37,043 nucleotides of DNA from Chiloscyllium plagiosum (GCF_004010195.1 NW_025214959.1:19279-56321), one strand, 5' to 3'; positions 1 through 8,399 are shown, counted from the stretch's first letter. The notes: generated by a model not told the origin, from the sequence alone. Made by a program: numbers and translations.

Positions 1-103
1 ATAGATATCTCCCTGAGAGAGAGAGAGGGGACTGGGAGACACGGGTCAGTGTACAGATATCTCCCTGAGAGAGAGAGGGGGGACTGAGAGACACCAGTCA
101 GTG
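1..103. repeat. ~52-bp minisatellite containing a (GA)n run; 2 copies visible, probably continues off the left edge
   Basis: AGATATCTCCCTGAGAGAGAGAG..GGGACTG.GAGACAC..GTCAGTGT occurs at ~3 and ~55. Confidence 0.8.
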
Positions 104-189
104 TGCTCTCTGAGAAAGAGAAGGGAGTTCTGCCCCGATTTCCTGGAGGTATTTGGATGATCTGTGCTGTCTTCATTCGTTGTATAGTT

Positions 190-197
190 GCCTTAAT
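190..197 (+). promoter_or_regulatory. Candidate U12-type (minor spliceosome) branch point GCCTTAAT
   Basis: Matches the CCTTRAY U12 branch consensus about 10-12 nt upstream of where POLR3C homology begins. The donor of this intron lies outside the window. Confidence 0.55.
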
Positions 198-207
198 AGA
201 ATCACTG

Positions 208-268
208 ATCTTCACCGTGCCCTCGCTTCACTTGCACGAGCTACAGTGGAGTCTGTTGTACAGGAAAG
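208..268 (+). CDS. POLR3C: POLR3C internal coding exon: (N/D)LHRALASLARATVESVVQE(R); 5' boundary uncertain (200, 206 or 208)
   Basis: Translation matches RPC3 'NLHKALASLATATLESVVQER'. It ends at the donor AG|GTAAGT (269) in phase 2, which fits the next exon (AG+G = Arg). Confidence 0.88.
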
Positions 269-749
269 GTAAGTGGGTTCCTAACAGGCCTTTCAGCTTG
301 TAACATGGGTAAACTTGTCCTTATTCATGTCTCCTGCATTGTCTGTCTGTAAGTGTGGAAGCAGCAAACTCAGGAGGGCATGAGCTGATGATTTGAAAAA
401 TGACCGAGAAAGGGCACCAGCCTGGTCCTGGGCTGCCTTGGGCAATTGGAGAGTTACTGTAGACAGGACATGAGAAACCCGATATCCTGTGTGGTACCAA
501 TCTGGAACTTCTGTCTCTGAACATTGGGCTCAGCTGATGATCACTGTACAGTTCCATGTTCGATCTCTCCAACTGTAAGGACCAGGTGGAGAGGGGAACT
601 CCAACAGGGACTGAAGAATATCCTGCTGTTTGCTGTGTATACTGTGACAAGCCCCAGTTTGGAATATTGGGGTTCAGTGAGATTTCTCATTACAAAGTGG
701 AGTTGCTCTCTCCTCTCCATGCCCCCCCCCCCCGCCCTCCCCCTCACAG

Positions 750-900
750 GTTCGGCTCACGGTCAGCTCGGATTTTCCGACTTCTTCTCCGCAAACGACA
801 CTTGGAGCAGAAACAAGTTGAGGATTTTGCGATGATTCCTGCCAAAGAAGCCAAGGGGATGATGTATCGAATGCTATCAGAGAACTATATATCCCTTCAG
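750..900 (+). CDS. POLR3C: POLR3C coding exon: (R)FGSRSARIFRLLLRKRHLEQKQVEDFAMIPAKEAKGMMYRMLSENYISLQ
   Basis: Strong match to vertebrate RPC3. Acceptor cctcacag|G at 749/750 and donor CAG|gtacag at 900/901; 151 nt. Confidence 0.96.
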
Positions 901-994
901 GTACAGAATACTATACATCTCCCATCGCCTTCATTATGCCTCACCACCTCCCCCTACCCTTCTCTTGATCCCCTCCCACTGCCTCACCGTCACT

Positions 995-1516
995 NNNNNN
1001 NNNNNNNNNNNNNNNNNNNNNNNNNNNNNNNNNNNNNNNNNNNNNNNNNNNNNNNNNNNNNNNNNNNNNNNNNNNNNNNNNNNNNNNNNNNNNNNNNNNN
1101 NNNNNNNNNNNNNNNNNNNNNNNNNNNNNNNNNNNNNNNNNNNNNNNNNNNNNNNNNNNNNNNNNNNNNNNNNNNNNNNNNNNNNNNNNNNNNNNNNNNN
1201 NNNNNNNNNNNNNNNNNNNNNNNNNNNNNNNNNNNNNNNNNNNNNNNNNNNNNNNNNNNNNNNNNNNNNNNNNNNNNNNNNNNNNNNNNNNNNNNNNNNN
1301 NNNNNNNNNNNNNNNNNNNNNNNNNNNNNNNNNNNNNNNNNNNNNNNNNNNNNNNNNNNNNNNNNNNNNNNNNNNNNNNNNNNNNNNNNNNNNNNNNNNN
1401 NNNNNNNNNNNNNNNNNNNNNNNNNNNNNNNNNNNNNNNNNNNNNNNNNNNNNNNNNNNNNNNNNNNNNNNNNNNNNNNNNNNNNNNNNNNNNNNNNNNN
1501 NNNNNNNNNNNNNNNN
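995..1516. other. Assembly gap (522 N) inside a POLR3C intron
   Basis: Run of N. Confidence 1.
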
Positions 1517-1850
1517 CAACCCCCTCTGTATTTCCAACCCCACTCTGTCCCTCTCTCAGTCCTTCCACCCCATCCGCCCCCTCTCTTAGTCCACTGCTGC
1601 CTGTAATACTCCATCCCTGAAACCTTCCTCCTTTCCCATCACCTCTACCTTCATCATCTTCCCTACCCCACATTGTGTCATCCACCTCCCTACCCTCAAT
1701 CCTTGCTCCTTTCTGCTCCCTACCGCTCTCTCCTTCAACCCTTCTCTGTGTTCTCTCTAACCTTCTCCCCAACACCCCCTCTGTCTGTCTCTCTCCACCT
1801 TTTCCCAACGTCCCGGATCCCCGTCTGTCTCTCCACCCACAGTTTCTCTG
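1517..1850. repeat. C/T-rich low-complexity tract flanking the gap (similar sequence at 915-994)
   Basis: Top strand is almost all C/T with very few G. Confidence 0.85.
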
Positions 1851-1963
1851 GCCTTGATCCCAGGTCAGGATCTGACCTTTCCTGGCTGCTTTTGTCTGCT
1901 ATAGCTCATTGCAAAACAGACTAATTTCCAACTTTGATTCAATCTCATGTTTTTATATTCCAG

Positions 1964-2065
1964 GAAATTCCTAAAACACCTGATCACGCCCCCTCCAGAA
2001 CCTTCTATCTGTACACTGTCAATTTACTGCCTACAGCTCGTATGATTCTCCAGCGGTGCTACAAG
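1964..2065 (+). CDS. POLR3C: POLR3C coding exon: EIPKTPDHAPSRTFYLYTVNLLPTARMILQRCYK
   Basis: Near-identical to RPC3 'EIPKTPDHAPSRTFYLYTVN'. Acceptor ttccag|GAA and donor AAG|gtaacc; 102 nt, phase 0/0. Confidence 0.97.
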
Positions 2066-2094
2066 GTAACCATAACAACAAATATATAACCTGT

Positions 2095-2290
2095 ACTTAG
2101 TTAGATTCAAGTCTGTAACTCACTCCTGTATATCTGTTATTTGGTAAAAATCCACTGAACATCTCGATTAAATTCCATTGTGTAACTACTTTCAGGTTTC
2201 TGTTATTCTACGTATCAATCAACCCCTTGATTAGATTCCTGTCTGTAACTCAGTGTTGGGTATCTGTTATATGTACAAAACCCCACTCTG
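2095..2290. repeat. Degenerate ~64-bp tandem repeat, about 3 copies
   Basis: The motif GATTAGATTCC..TCTGTAACTCA...TATCTGTTAT..., with mismatches, recurs at ~2100, ~2166 and ~2229. Confidence 0.6.
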
Positions 2291-2303
2291 TTTAACCTAT
2301 TGG

Positions 2304-2379
2304 TTAGCTGCTGATATAAATTTACTGCAAGTGTCGTTTGCGGAGAAGTCGGAAAATTTAGCTGCTGATATAAATTTAC
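2304..2379 (-). other. 32-bp insertion (2326-2357) that is an antisense copy of POLR3C exon sequence 772-804, flanked by 22-bp perfect direct repeats
   Basis: TTAGCTGCTGATATAAATTTAC occurs at 2304-2325 and 2358-2379. The reverse complement of the insert is ATTTTCCGACTTC---TCCGCAAACGACACTTG(CA), against exon ATTTTCCGACTTCTTCTCCGCAAACGACACTTG(GA). Confidence 0.9.
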
Positions 2380-2581
2380 AGTTTGTGCTGTATGTGTGAT
2401 CTCTGAATGATGCTGGTGATCATTTAAGCTTTGTCCTGGTGTCTAATCTCACCTTCCTCCTTGCCCCACAAGTTCTGTGGGTCATTGTGTGAGTACATGT
2501 GGTGAAATCCACAGCTAGAGATACTCGAGAAGAAAGCTGACCCCTGGAAAGTCACTTGGTATATTTTATGATTTATTTCAG

Positions 2582-2631
2582 ACTGTTGTCAATCTGATCA
2601 ATCGTCGAGAATACGAAACCCGAGAGAACAA
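2582..2631 (+). CDS. POLR3C: POLR3C coding exon: TVVNLINRREYETREN(K)
   Basis: Matches RPC3 'SIANLIERRQFETKENK'. Acceptor tttcag|ACT and donor AA|gtgagt; 50 nt, with phases that fit both neighbours. Confidence 0.94.
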
Positions 2632-2659
2632 GTGAGTGACAATCAATCAGCTAATAATG

Positions 2660-2740
2660 CCTGGATGGGGTGCTCTTCGGAGGGTTGGTGCAGACTCAAT
2701 GGGCCCAATGGCCTCTTCCCGCACTGTCGGGATTCTATAA
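2660..2740 (+). mobile_element. 3' tail fragment of an HE1-type SINE or HER1/CR1 LINE
   Basis: GCTCTTCGGAGGGTTGGTGCAGACTCAATGGGCC.AATGGCCTCTTCCGCACTGTCGGGATTCTAT resembles the 3' end of the SINE at ~9975-10047. Confidence 0.7.
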
Positions 2741-3131
2741 TGGTTCTACAATTCCCACAGATGTCATCCAGATATTCTGATCCAAAGTTTTGAATTTCTC
2801 CATCCAACCATGAACCCTGAGATTGAAATTCACAATATCTCAACTCTGCAAACAATTCTCAAGCACTCTTCTAAATCTTCCATTTAAGTTTTGTGGCCTC
2901 TTGTCAGTGATAGGAGCTAGATAAGTAACCACTTACAAGCAAAACTTGCAAAAGGCTGCACAGGAGTGTGTTCACTCCAATTTAACACTAAAGGTGACAT
3001 TGGAGTCAAGTGACCAAAGTCTCACTTCCTAAGATAACTTTGAAGCAGCAAGTTAGAGAGTTTCCTGGAGGGATTTCTCGAGCTAAGGGACCCTGGCAGT
3101 AAGTTTGTTCGCTGAGCTGGAAGGTTCATTT

Positions 3132-3171
3132 TCAGATGTTTCGTCACCATACTGGGTAACATCTTCAGTGA
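3132..3171 (-). ncRNA. Minimal hammerhead-ribozyme motif of the Penelope pseudo-LTR (left arm; probably decayed)
   Basis: UCA-CUGAAGA-U-GUUACC-cagtat-GGUGAC-GAAA-CA-UC-UGA. The core boxes and helices I and II are present. The helix III segment reads ACAU rather than a self-complementary ACGU. Confidence 0.65.
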
Positions 3172-4135
3172 GCCTCTGGACGAAGCACTGTTGTTGATTC
3201 CTGCTTTCTATTTATATGTTTGGGTTTCTTTGGTGATGTCATTTCCTGTTCTTTTTCTCAGAGGGTGCTAAGTGGTGTGCAAGTCAATGTGTCTGTTGAT
3301 AGAGTTCCAGCTGGAATGCCACGCTTCTAGGAATTCTCGTGCATGTCTCGGTTTGGCTTGTCCTAATGTTGTCCCAGTCGAAGTGGTGTCCTTCCTTATC
3401 TGTTAGTAAGGATACTAGTGAGGGAGGGTCATGTTGTTTTGTGGTTAGTTGATGTTCATGTATCCTGGTGGCTAGTTTTCTGCCTGTTTGTCCAATGTAG
3501 TATTTGTTACAGTCCTTGCACAGTATTTTGTAAATAAAAGTAGTTTTGCTTGTTATCTGTATAAGGTCTTTCAAGTTTGTTAGCTGCTGTTTTATAGTGT
3601 TTTGGTGGGTTTGTGGGCTACCATGATGCCAAGGGGTCTGAGTAGTCTGGCATCACACTAAAACAGCATCTAATTAACTTGAAAGACCTGAGTAGTATGA
3701 TGCCAGACTATTCAGACTCCTTGGCATCATGGTAGCCCACAAACCTACCGACACACTAAAACAGCTGCTAATGAACTTGAAAGACGCTATACAGACAAGC
3801 AAAACTAATATCATTTACAAAATACCATGCAAGGACTGTAACAAACACTACATTGGACAAGCAGGTAGAAAACTAGCCACAAAACGACACGACCCTCTCT
3901 CACTAGTATCCTTACATACAGAGGAGGAAAGCCACCACTTCAACTGGTACAACAGCCAAACAGAGAGACACACGAGAATTCCTAGAAGCATGGCATTCCA
4001 ACCGGAACTCTATCAACAGACACATTGACTGACACACCATTTAGCACCCCCTGAGAAAAAGAACAAGAAATGACATCAGAAACCCAAACATATAAATAGA
4101 AAGCAGGAATCATCAATAGTGCTTCATCCAGAGGC

Positions 4136-4175
4136 TCACTGAAGATGTTACCTAGTAGGGTGACAAAACATCTGA
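4136..4175 (+). ncRNA. Decayed minimal hammerhead-ribozyme motif (right arm)
   Basis: UCA-CUGAAGA-U-GUUACC-uaguag-GGUGAC-AAAA-CAUC-UGA. The GAAA box is mutated to AAAA, consistent with CpG decay. Confidence 0.55.
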
Positions 4176-4708
4176 AAATGAACTCTCCAGCTCAGCGAGC
4201 AAATCTACATCCAGAACCTCAACCTCAGCTACAAACCTTCTCAAAACTCGCTAACCCTGGCAGTAAAGCTAGAGGGATGGAAATCAGTTCAAGTGGCCAG
4301 AAGTGAAGGAGCACAGAGATAGTGAGGTCATAGAAGTAATTAAATATTAGAATAATAATTGTAAAATTGAGATGTTGCTTAACTGGGGCTGAATATCAGT
4401 CAGTGATTGCACAGACCTTGTTAGAAATTAAGACTCATGCCACAAGGCTGTGGATGAGATGCCAGTCAGGGATGGTGCTGGAATAGTGGAGGGATAATAA
4501 TGGACTACAATGAGGGTTTCAGCATCTGATAAGCTGAAATGGGAAAGTTGAATAATTTCACAAGAGGTAATTACTTCTCGATCATTTTGACTCCAATTGT
4601 TTGTATCAGCCTCAATGAATTGGCACTGAAATGATGGACAGTCTGGTGTCTGTGGATTCTGTGTCTGATCTGTTTTGTAATTAATGGCATTCCCTGTTAT
4701 CCTTTCAG

Positions 4709-4858
4709 GCGGCTGCTGGAAAAGTCACAGAGAATAGAGGCCATCATGGCGTCAATGCAGGCAACTGGCGCTGAGGAACAGCAACTTCAGGAGATCGAGG
4801 AGATGATCACAGCTCCCGAGCAACAGCAGCTGGAGACACTGAAACACAATGTCAATAT
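4709..4858 (+). CDS. POLR3C: POLR3C coding exon: (K)RLLEKSQRIEAIMASMQATGAEEQQLQEIEEMITAPEQQQLETLKHNVN(M)
   Basis: Near-identical to the RPC3 C-terminal coiled-coil segment. Acceptor ctttcag|G and donor AT|gtgagt; 150 nt. Confidence 0.97.
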
Positions 4859-5042
4859 GTGAGTGGCCACTGCTGCAGTAGGGCAGGGCAAGGCTGCAGG
4901 CTGTTTGGTCTCTTTCCAGTCTCGTCCTGAGCTTGCTGCACCTTCACAGCCCATCTGCTGTCACGGCAGTGTGAATCCAACTAGGCAAGACCTTGATGTC
5001 GCTGATCTCCACACCAAATACACCATAAACTGACAACGCAAC

Positions 5043-5170
5043 TGATCTGGAATGCAGTGCCTGAAAGCAGATTAAATAATAATCCTACAAAATGAAATTG
5101 GGTTCACGTATGGAGGAGAAAGAGTAGGGGATTGCTGCTATTCAATAACCTCATCAAGGAGCCAGCATTG
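5043..5170 (+). mobile_element. Degenerate CR1-like LINE 3'-end fragment
   Basis: ATCTGGAATGCAGTGCCTGAAAGCAGATTAAATAA...GAAATTGG resembles the 'WNALPE..EADSI..FK..LD' end of CR1 ORF2. Confidence 0.5.
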
Positions 5171-5235
5171 TGTTAGATTGTATGAATTGTACAGCAAGAA
5201 AGGCGCCTTCTAGAAATTGGTTCCTTAACACTCTT

Positions 5236-5450
5236 GTGGTGGGGTGATTATGTCCCTGTCTCTAGGTCAGGAGGCCCTAGTTCAAAACTTCATTCCTAAT
5301 GAAGGGCTTTCGCCCTAAAATTTATTTTCCTGCTCCTCGGATGCTGCCTGACCTGCTGTGCTTTTCCAGCATCACTCTAACTTAGGCCCTAGTTCAAGGC
5401 CCACCTGCTCTTAAGTGTCTTAACATCTCTGAACAGGTTGTCTAGAAAAT
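5236..5450 (+). mobile_element. tRNA-derived SINE head, interrupted at its B-box by a short insertion
   Basis: A-box-like GTGGTGGGGTGATTATG. A B-box-like AGTTCAAGGCCC is restored when 5286-5397 is removed, followed by CCACCTGCTC...TAACATCTCTGAACAGGTTG. Confidence 0.55.
5286..5383 (+). mobile_element. 98-bp 5'-truncated retroelement tail (probably Penelope-type, with a decayed hammerhead motif) and a 14-bp TSD
   Basis: TSD AGGCCCTAGTTCAA at 5272-5285 and 5384-5397. The internal CTAATGA-A-GGGC-TTTC-GCCC-TAAA is a mutated CTGATGA-helix II-GAAA, followed by CCTGCTCCTCGGATGCTGCCTGACCTGCTGTGCTTTTCCAGC. Confidence 0.75.
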
Positions 5451-5579
5451 CTCTCTAAGCCAGTTCCAGCCTGAACAATTTCTGTCACAAAGCTCTTGGC
5501 TTTTCTGTGACCAGGACTGCCAGGCAGTTCTGGGGAAACAGAGGGATGGAGTCTTGACTTTATCTCTACTCTTTTCCAG

Positions 5580-5679
5580 GTTGGATTCAAGTGAGAATCA
5601 GGTTGATGAGACTATCTTTATCCTGGAATCCTACATAAACACAACTCGGATTGAGAAAGAGGTACCAAGCAAACGGTGA
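5580..5679 (+). CDS. POLR3C: POLR3C last coding exon: (M)LDSSENQVDETIFILESYINTTRIEKEVPSKR*
   Basis: Matches RPC3 'LDASEIQVDETIFLLESYI'. Acceptor ttttccag|G; TGA stop at 5677-5679. Confidence 0.96.
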
Positions 5680-5849
5680 TCTGAGGATCAGTCTGTCAGA
5701 GACCAGCTACGGTTCACCAGTATCTCACTGAACATGTGGTTATACTGCAGTGAGTTGATAATGTGGCAGTCTGCTCAGTGGAGAGGACAGTTTTATGAGC
5801 TGCCTGTGCAAATCCTAATATTTTAGGTTTTATGTTGTCAAATTAATTT

Positions 5850-5855
5850 AATAAA
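5850..5855 (+). terminator. Candidate POLR3C polyadenylation signal AATAAA
   Basis: Canonical hexamer about 170 nt after the stop, with a U-rich upstream region and a downstream GTGTCTTT. Confidence 0.7.
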
Positions 5856-6572
5856 TGACATGGTGTCTTTAATATGAAGCTCTGAGGTGCTTCTAGCCAA
5901 TCAATCAGATTACCTTGTGGAGGCAGGAAGTGGGTCAGTAAATGATTGATGTTTACTGTCAAGCCACAGTCAGGAGAAATGCTGCTCCAGGATAGGAACT
6001 AAGTGTTTTTGCCCTTTTAATCAGGTGTGTAATGAAGCAAGTCTGATGCACACTATAGTAACCGGATGAGATCTTTCCTCGAACCTTTCACCAAGTGGAG
6101 GTGAGAGCTAATTGACAACATACATTTCTAAATATGTTAATATGTGACCAATCTCAAGTTAGTGTCCATCTCCAAGGGGTTTAACAGAGCTAGATCGCAT
6201 ACGTGCAGCAGTGCACACATTGATTGCCTCCTTTCTTGCAGTCCAAATGAGATGTCTAGTAGTCATGAAAAGTGTTTGAGAAATTCACACACTTGCTGTA
6301 GAAGCTGTAGCATTTTCATAAATGAATCTTCATCTCATTGAAGCAGGGGGAATGTGGAGGCCGTTTCCCATCCTGTCCAGAATCAGGAGAAATTTCTTCA
6401 CTCTGTTCTAAAGCCTGACATTCTTTGTCACACAAGAGCTACTGAACATTATATTCAAGCCTGAGTTTAGTTAACGGAGGTCAGTGAAGGTGAAAGGGAG
6501 AGCTGATTTGAGCAGCAGTCTGGCCCATTCTTGCTCTGACAGAAGGATTACATCACAATTGAAGGCCATTTA

Positions 6573-6740
6573 TCATATCTTTTCATCTCCACATTCCCTG
6601 TCGGCCTGAAAATATTTTCTATTCGGGCATTTATCCAATTTTGTTTTGAAACCTATATTTGTAACTGCTTCTAAAACACTTGGGTACTGAATTCCAGCTC
6701 CTAATGGACTCTCGGGGAGGAAACTGCTATTTGGTTCAGA
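6573..6740 (-). mobile_element. Degenerate CR1-like LINE 3'-end fragment
   Basis: Minus-strand translation 'PSVLEAVTNIGFKTKLDK' resembles the CR1 ORF2 C-terminus 'P..VVEA.SI..FK..LD'. Confidence 0.55.
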
Positions 6741-7093
6741 GGTATTTGGGACAGGCAATCAACAATTCCCTTGCCAGCACAGCCCACTAGAATTTTTGAA
6801 ATTTGAACCTCTGTCTGTACAGCTTTGCAGGGAGGGTGGGTTGCTTTTCCATCTCTGTAGCCCCCAGCCCATTCTGGTTTGTCTCAACTCAGCTTTAACA
6901 GTACATCATTGAATAACATTACAGATTTCAAAACTGAACTAGTCAGAGGATAAGAAGTGGGAGTTCAAGCCTGAAACTCCATCAATCCTTCAGTTTCTCT
7001 AATGCCCAGTCTCCTGCCATTTTTCACAGCAACAGCAAGTCCAGCTCATTGTTTGGGAAATAACTACACCACCAATTCCCGATTTCCTCATCC

Positions 7094-7099
7094 TTTAAT
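7094..7099 (-). terminator. Candidate PIAS3 polyadenylation signal ATTAAA
   Basis: Variant hexamer about 1.3 kb after the stop, with a GU-rich stretch (TTGGTGGTGTAGTT) downstream on the minus strand. Not verified. Confidence 0.35.
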
Positions 7100-7471
7100 T
7101 GCAACAGAATCGATACACAGTAAAACGTTTGAATTCTTTCAGCCAATAATACCCAAACTCCCCTTGTCCCTTTGCCACAGCTTCACCAGGTCCTTTAAGT
7201 AAGTGGGACAAGGCAGTCTGTCTGTCCAGGTGAGTGAAGCTTTCAGTTCTGGATCCTATCATCCACAACAGGCATTAAGCATCACCCCAGTCTCTCAGAA
7301 CACTGGTTATTCACTGAACAGTATTGGAAGAAAATGACCTTAAAACGGATGAATAGAGGCATCCACACTTAGACAGGCACGTGGAGTCTAACTCTCACTA
7401 GTACTGGCCTGCCGTAGAGGATAATCTTTGGAACTGCTTTTTTTAAAATCGGTTTGTTTTTTCATAATATG

Positions 7472-7479
7472 TATTTACA
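7472..7479 (-). promoter_or_regulatory. Pumilio response element UGUAAAUA in the presumptive PIAS3 3'UTR
   Basis: Exact UGUANAUA match inside an AU-rich UTR-like segment (7430-7620). Confidence 0.4.
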
Positions 7480-8399
7480 AAATAGCTGCAACAGAAAATA
7501 GATCATTTGCTTTCTCTATACACAATGCTCATTTATAATTCTTTTAAAAAAGGGAAAGATTTTACATTGATAAAATATATTGGAAGTTATATTTTAAAAA
7601 GTGACACACTTTGCAATATGTTTAGAATTCCCTATTGTGTCCCTACATCACTCCCCAACCTCAATCCAGGCCAACCAGCCCCTTTAGAAATCCTGGTGGA
7701 TCCAGGCCTTCATGTCTGTTTGGGTCTGGGGAGAGGGAATCACAGTAACCATCAGAGACCCCTGAAAATCTCAGTTCAGTTCCCTTTTGCAGTTCACAAT
7801 GTTCAAAGCTGCCCATATCCAAATTTCTCTCAATAATCCACTAGTCTTTAAGTTTCACCTCATCTTACCAAAGTTTCCTTTCATTCTTTACTCCTTGTGG
7901 TACGGCCTCAAATCTGACATAATTAATCTTTGGTTCATGACAAAACTTTACTAGAGAACTGAAACACACCTTTGGTTGAAATGTGGAGCAGCTTAATTGT
8001 GGATACAATCACAGACAGCTGATCCAGGGGCCTGCATGCAAGCAAAGTGCAACTCTGAAGCTAATGTCACCAGATCTCTGTGAGCTGTTCTTTATATGGG
8101 ACAGAGGTGGAAAGGGGCAAGGCCAGATCCTCAGCTCTATGGAGGAAGTATCTGACAAACCACCACCTAATTGCCTTGTGTTTTTAAACAGAAGGCATGC
8201 TCCAGGATTCAGGCCCAGGCAGTGGGTGCCCTGTGCTCTTATGTTACCCAGGGATTTAGTCAAAAACTAATGACTAATACAGAGGAAACACTTTCTCTGG
8301 GATCTGTGGAGTAATCTCCGACCAACTGACTTCAGATTCAAGTTTTGCAGCAGTTTTCAAAGTGGAGAACATTCCTGGTCATGATTGATTGGTGTTTCC

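Larger units (their letters stand above)
3103..4253. mobile_element. Penelope-like retroelement insertion: two 5'-truncated GIY-YIG endonuclease/3'-end copies head-to-head, flanked by a 13-bp TSD
   Basis: ORFs 3284-3574(-) 'IYKILCKDCNKYYIGQTGRKLATRIHEH' and 3729-4028(+) 'IYKIPCKDCNKHYIGQAGRKLAT' are the PLE GIY-YIG domain. Arms 3103-3655 and 3698-~4204 are near reverse complements. TSD ACCCTGGCAGTAA lies at 3090-3102 and 4254-4266. Frameshifts and deletions make it non-autonomous. Confidence 0.92.
3020..4550 (-). mobile_element. Old, degenerate L2-like LINE fragment (~3020-3102 plus ~4254-4550) split by the Penelope insertion
   Basis: Segments such as GGAGGGATTTCTCGAGCTAAGGGACCCTGGCAG, AAAATTGAGATGTTGCTTAACTGGG and GGAATAGT...ATGAGGGTTTCAGCA resemble antisense elasmobranch L2 sequence. 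Recognised by eye only. Confidence 0.5.

Noticed and set aside
556..1808. Long ORFs spanning 556-1808
   Set aside because: They are open only because they read through the N gap. Only 750-900 is coding.
3284..4028. Functional GIY-YIG nuclease genes
   Set aside because: They are truncated, frameshifted fragments of a Penelope element with no reverse transcriptase domain present.
5221..5229. Perfect U12 branch consensus TTCCTTAAC
   Set aside because: It lies about 350 nt from the acceptor of an intron with a U2-type GTGAGT donor, so it is probably a chance match.
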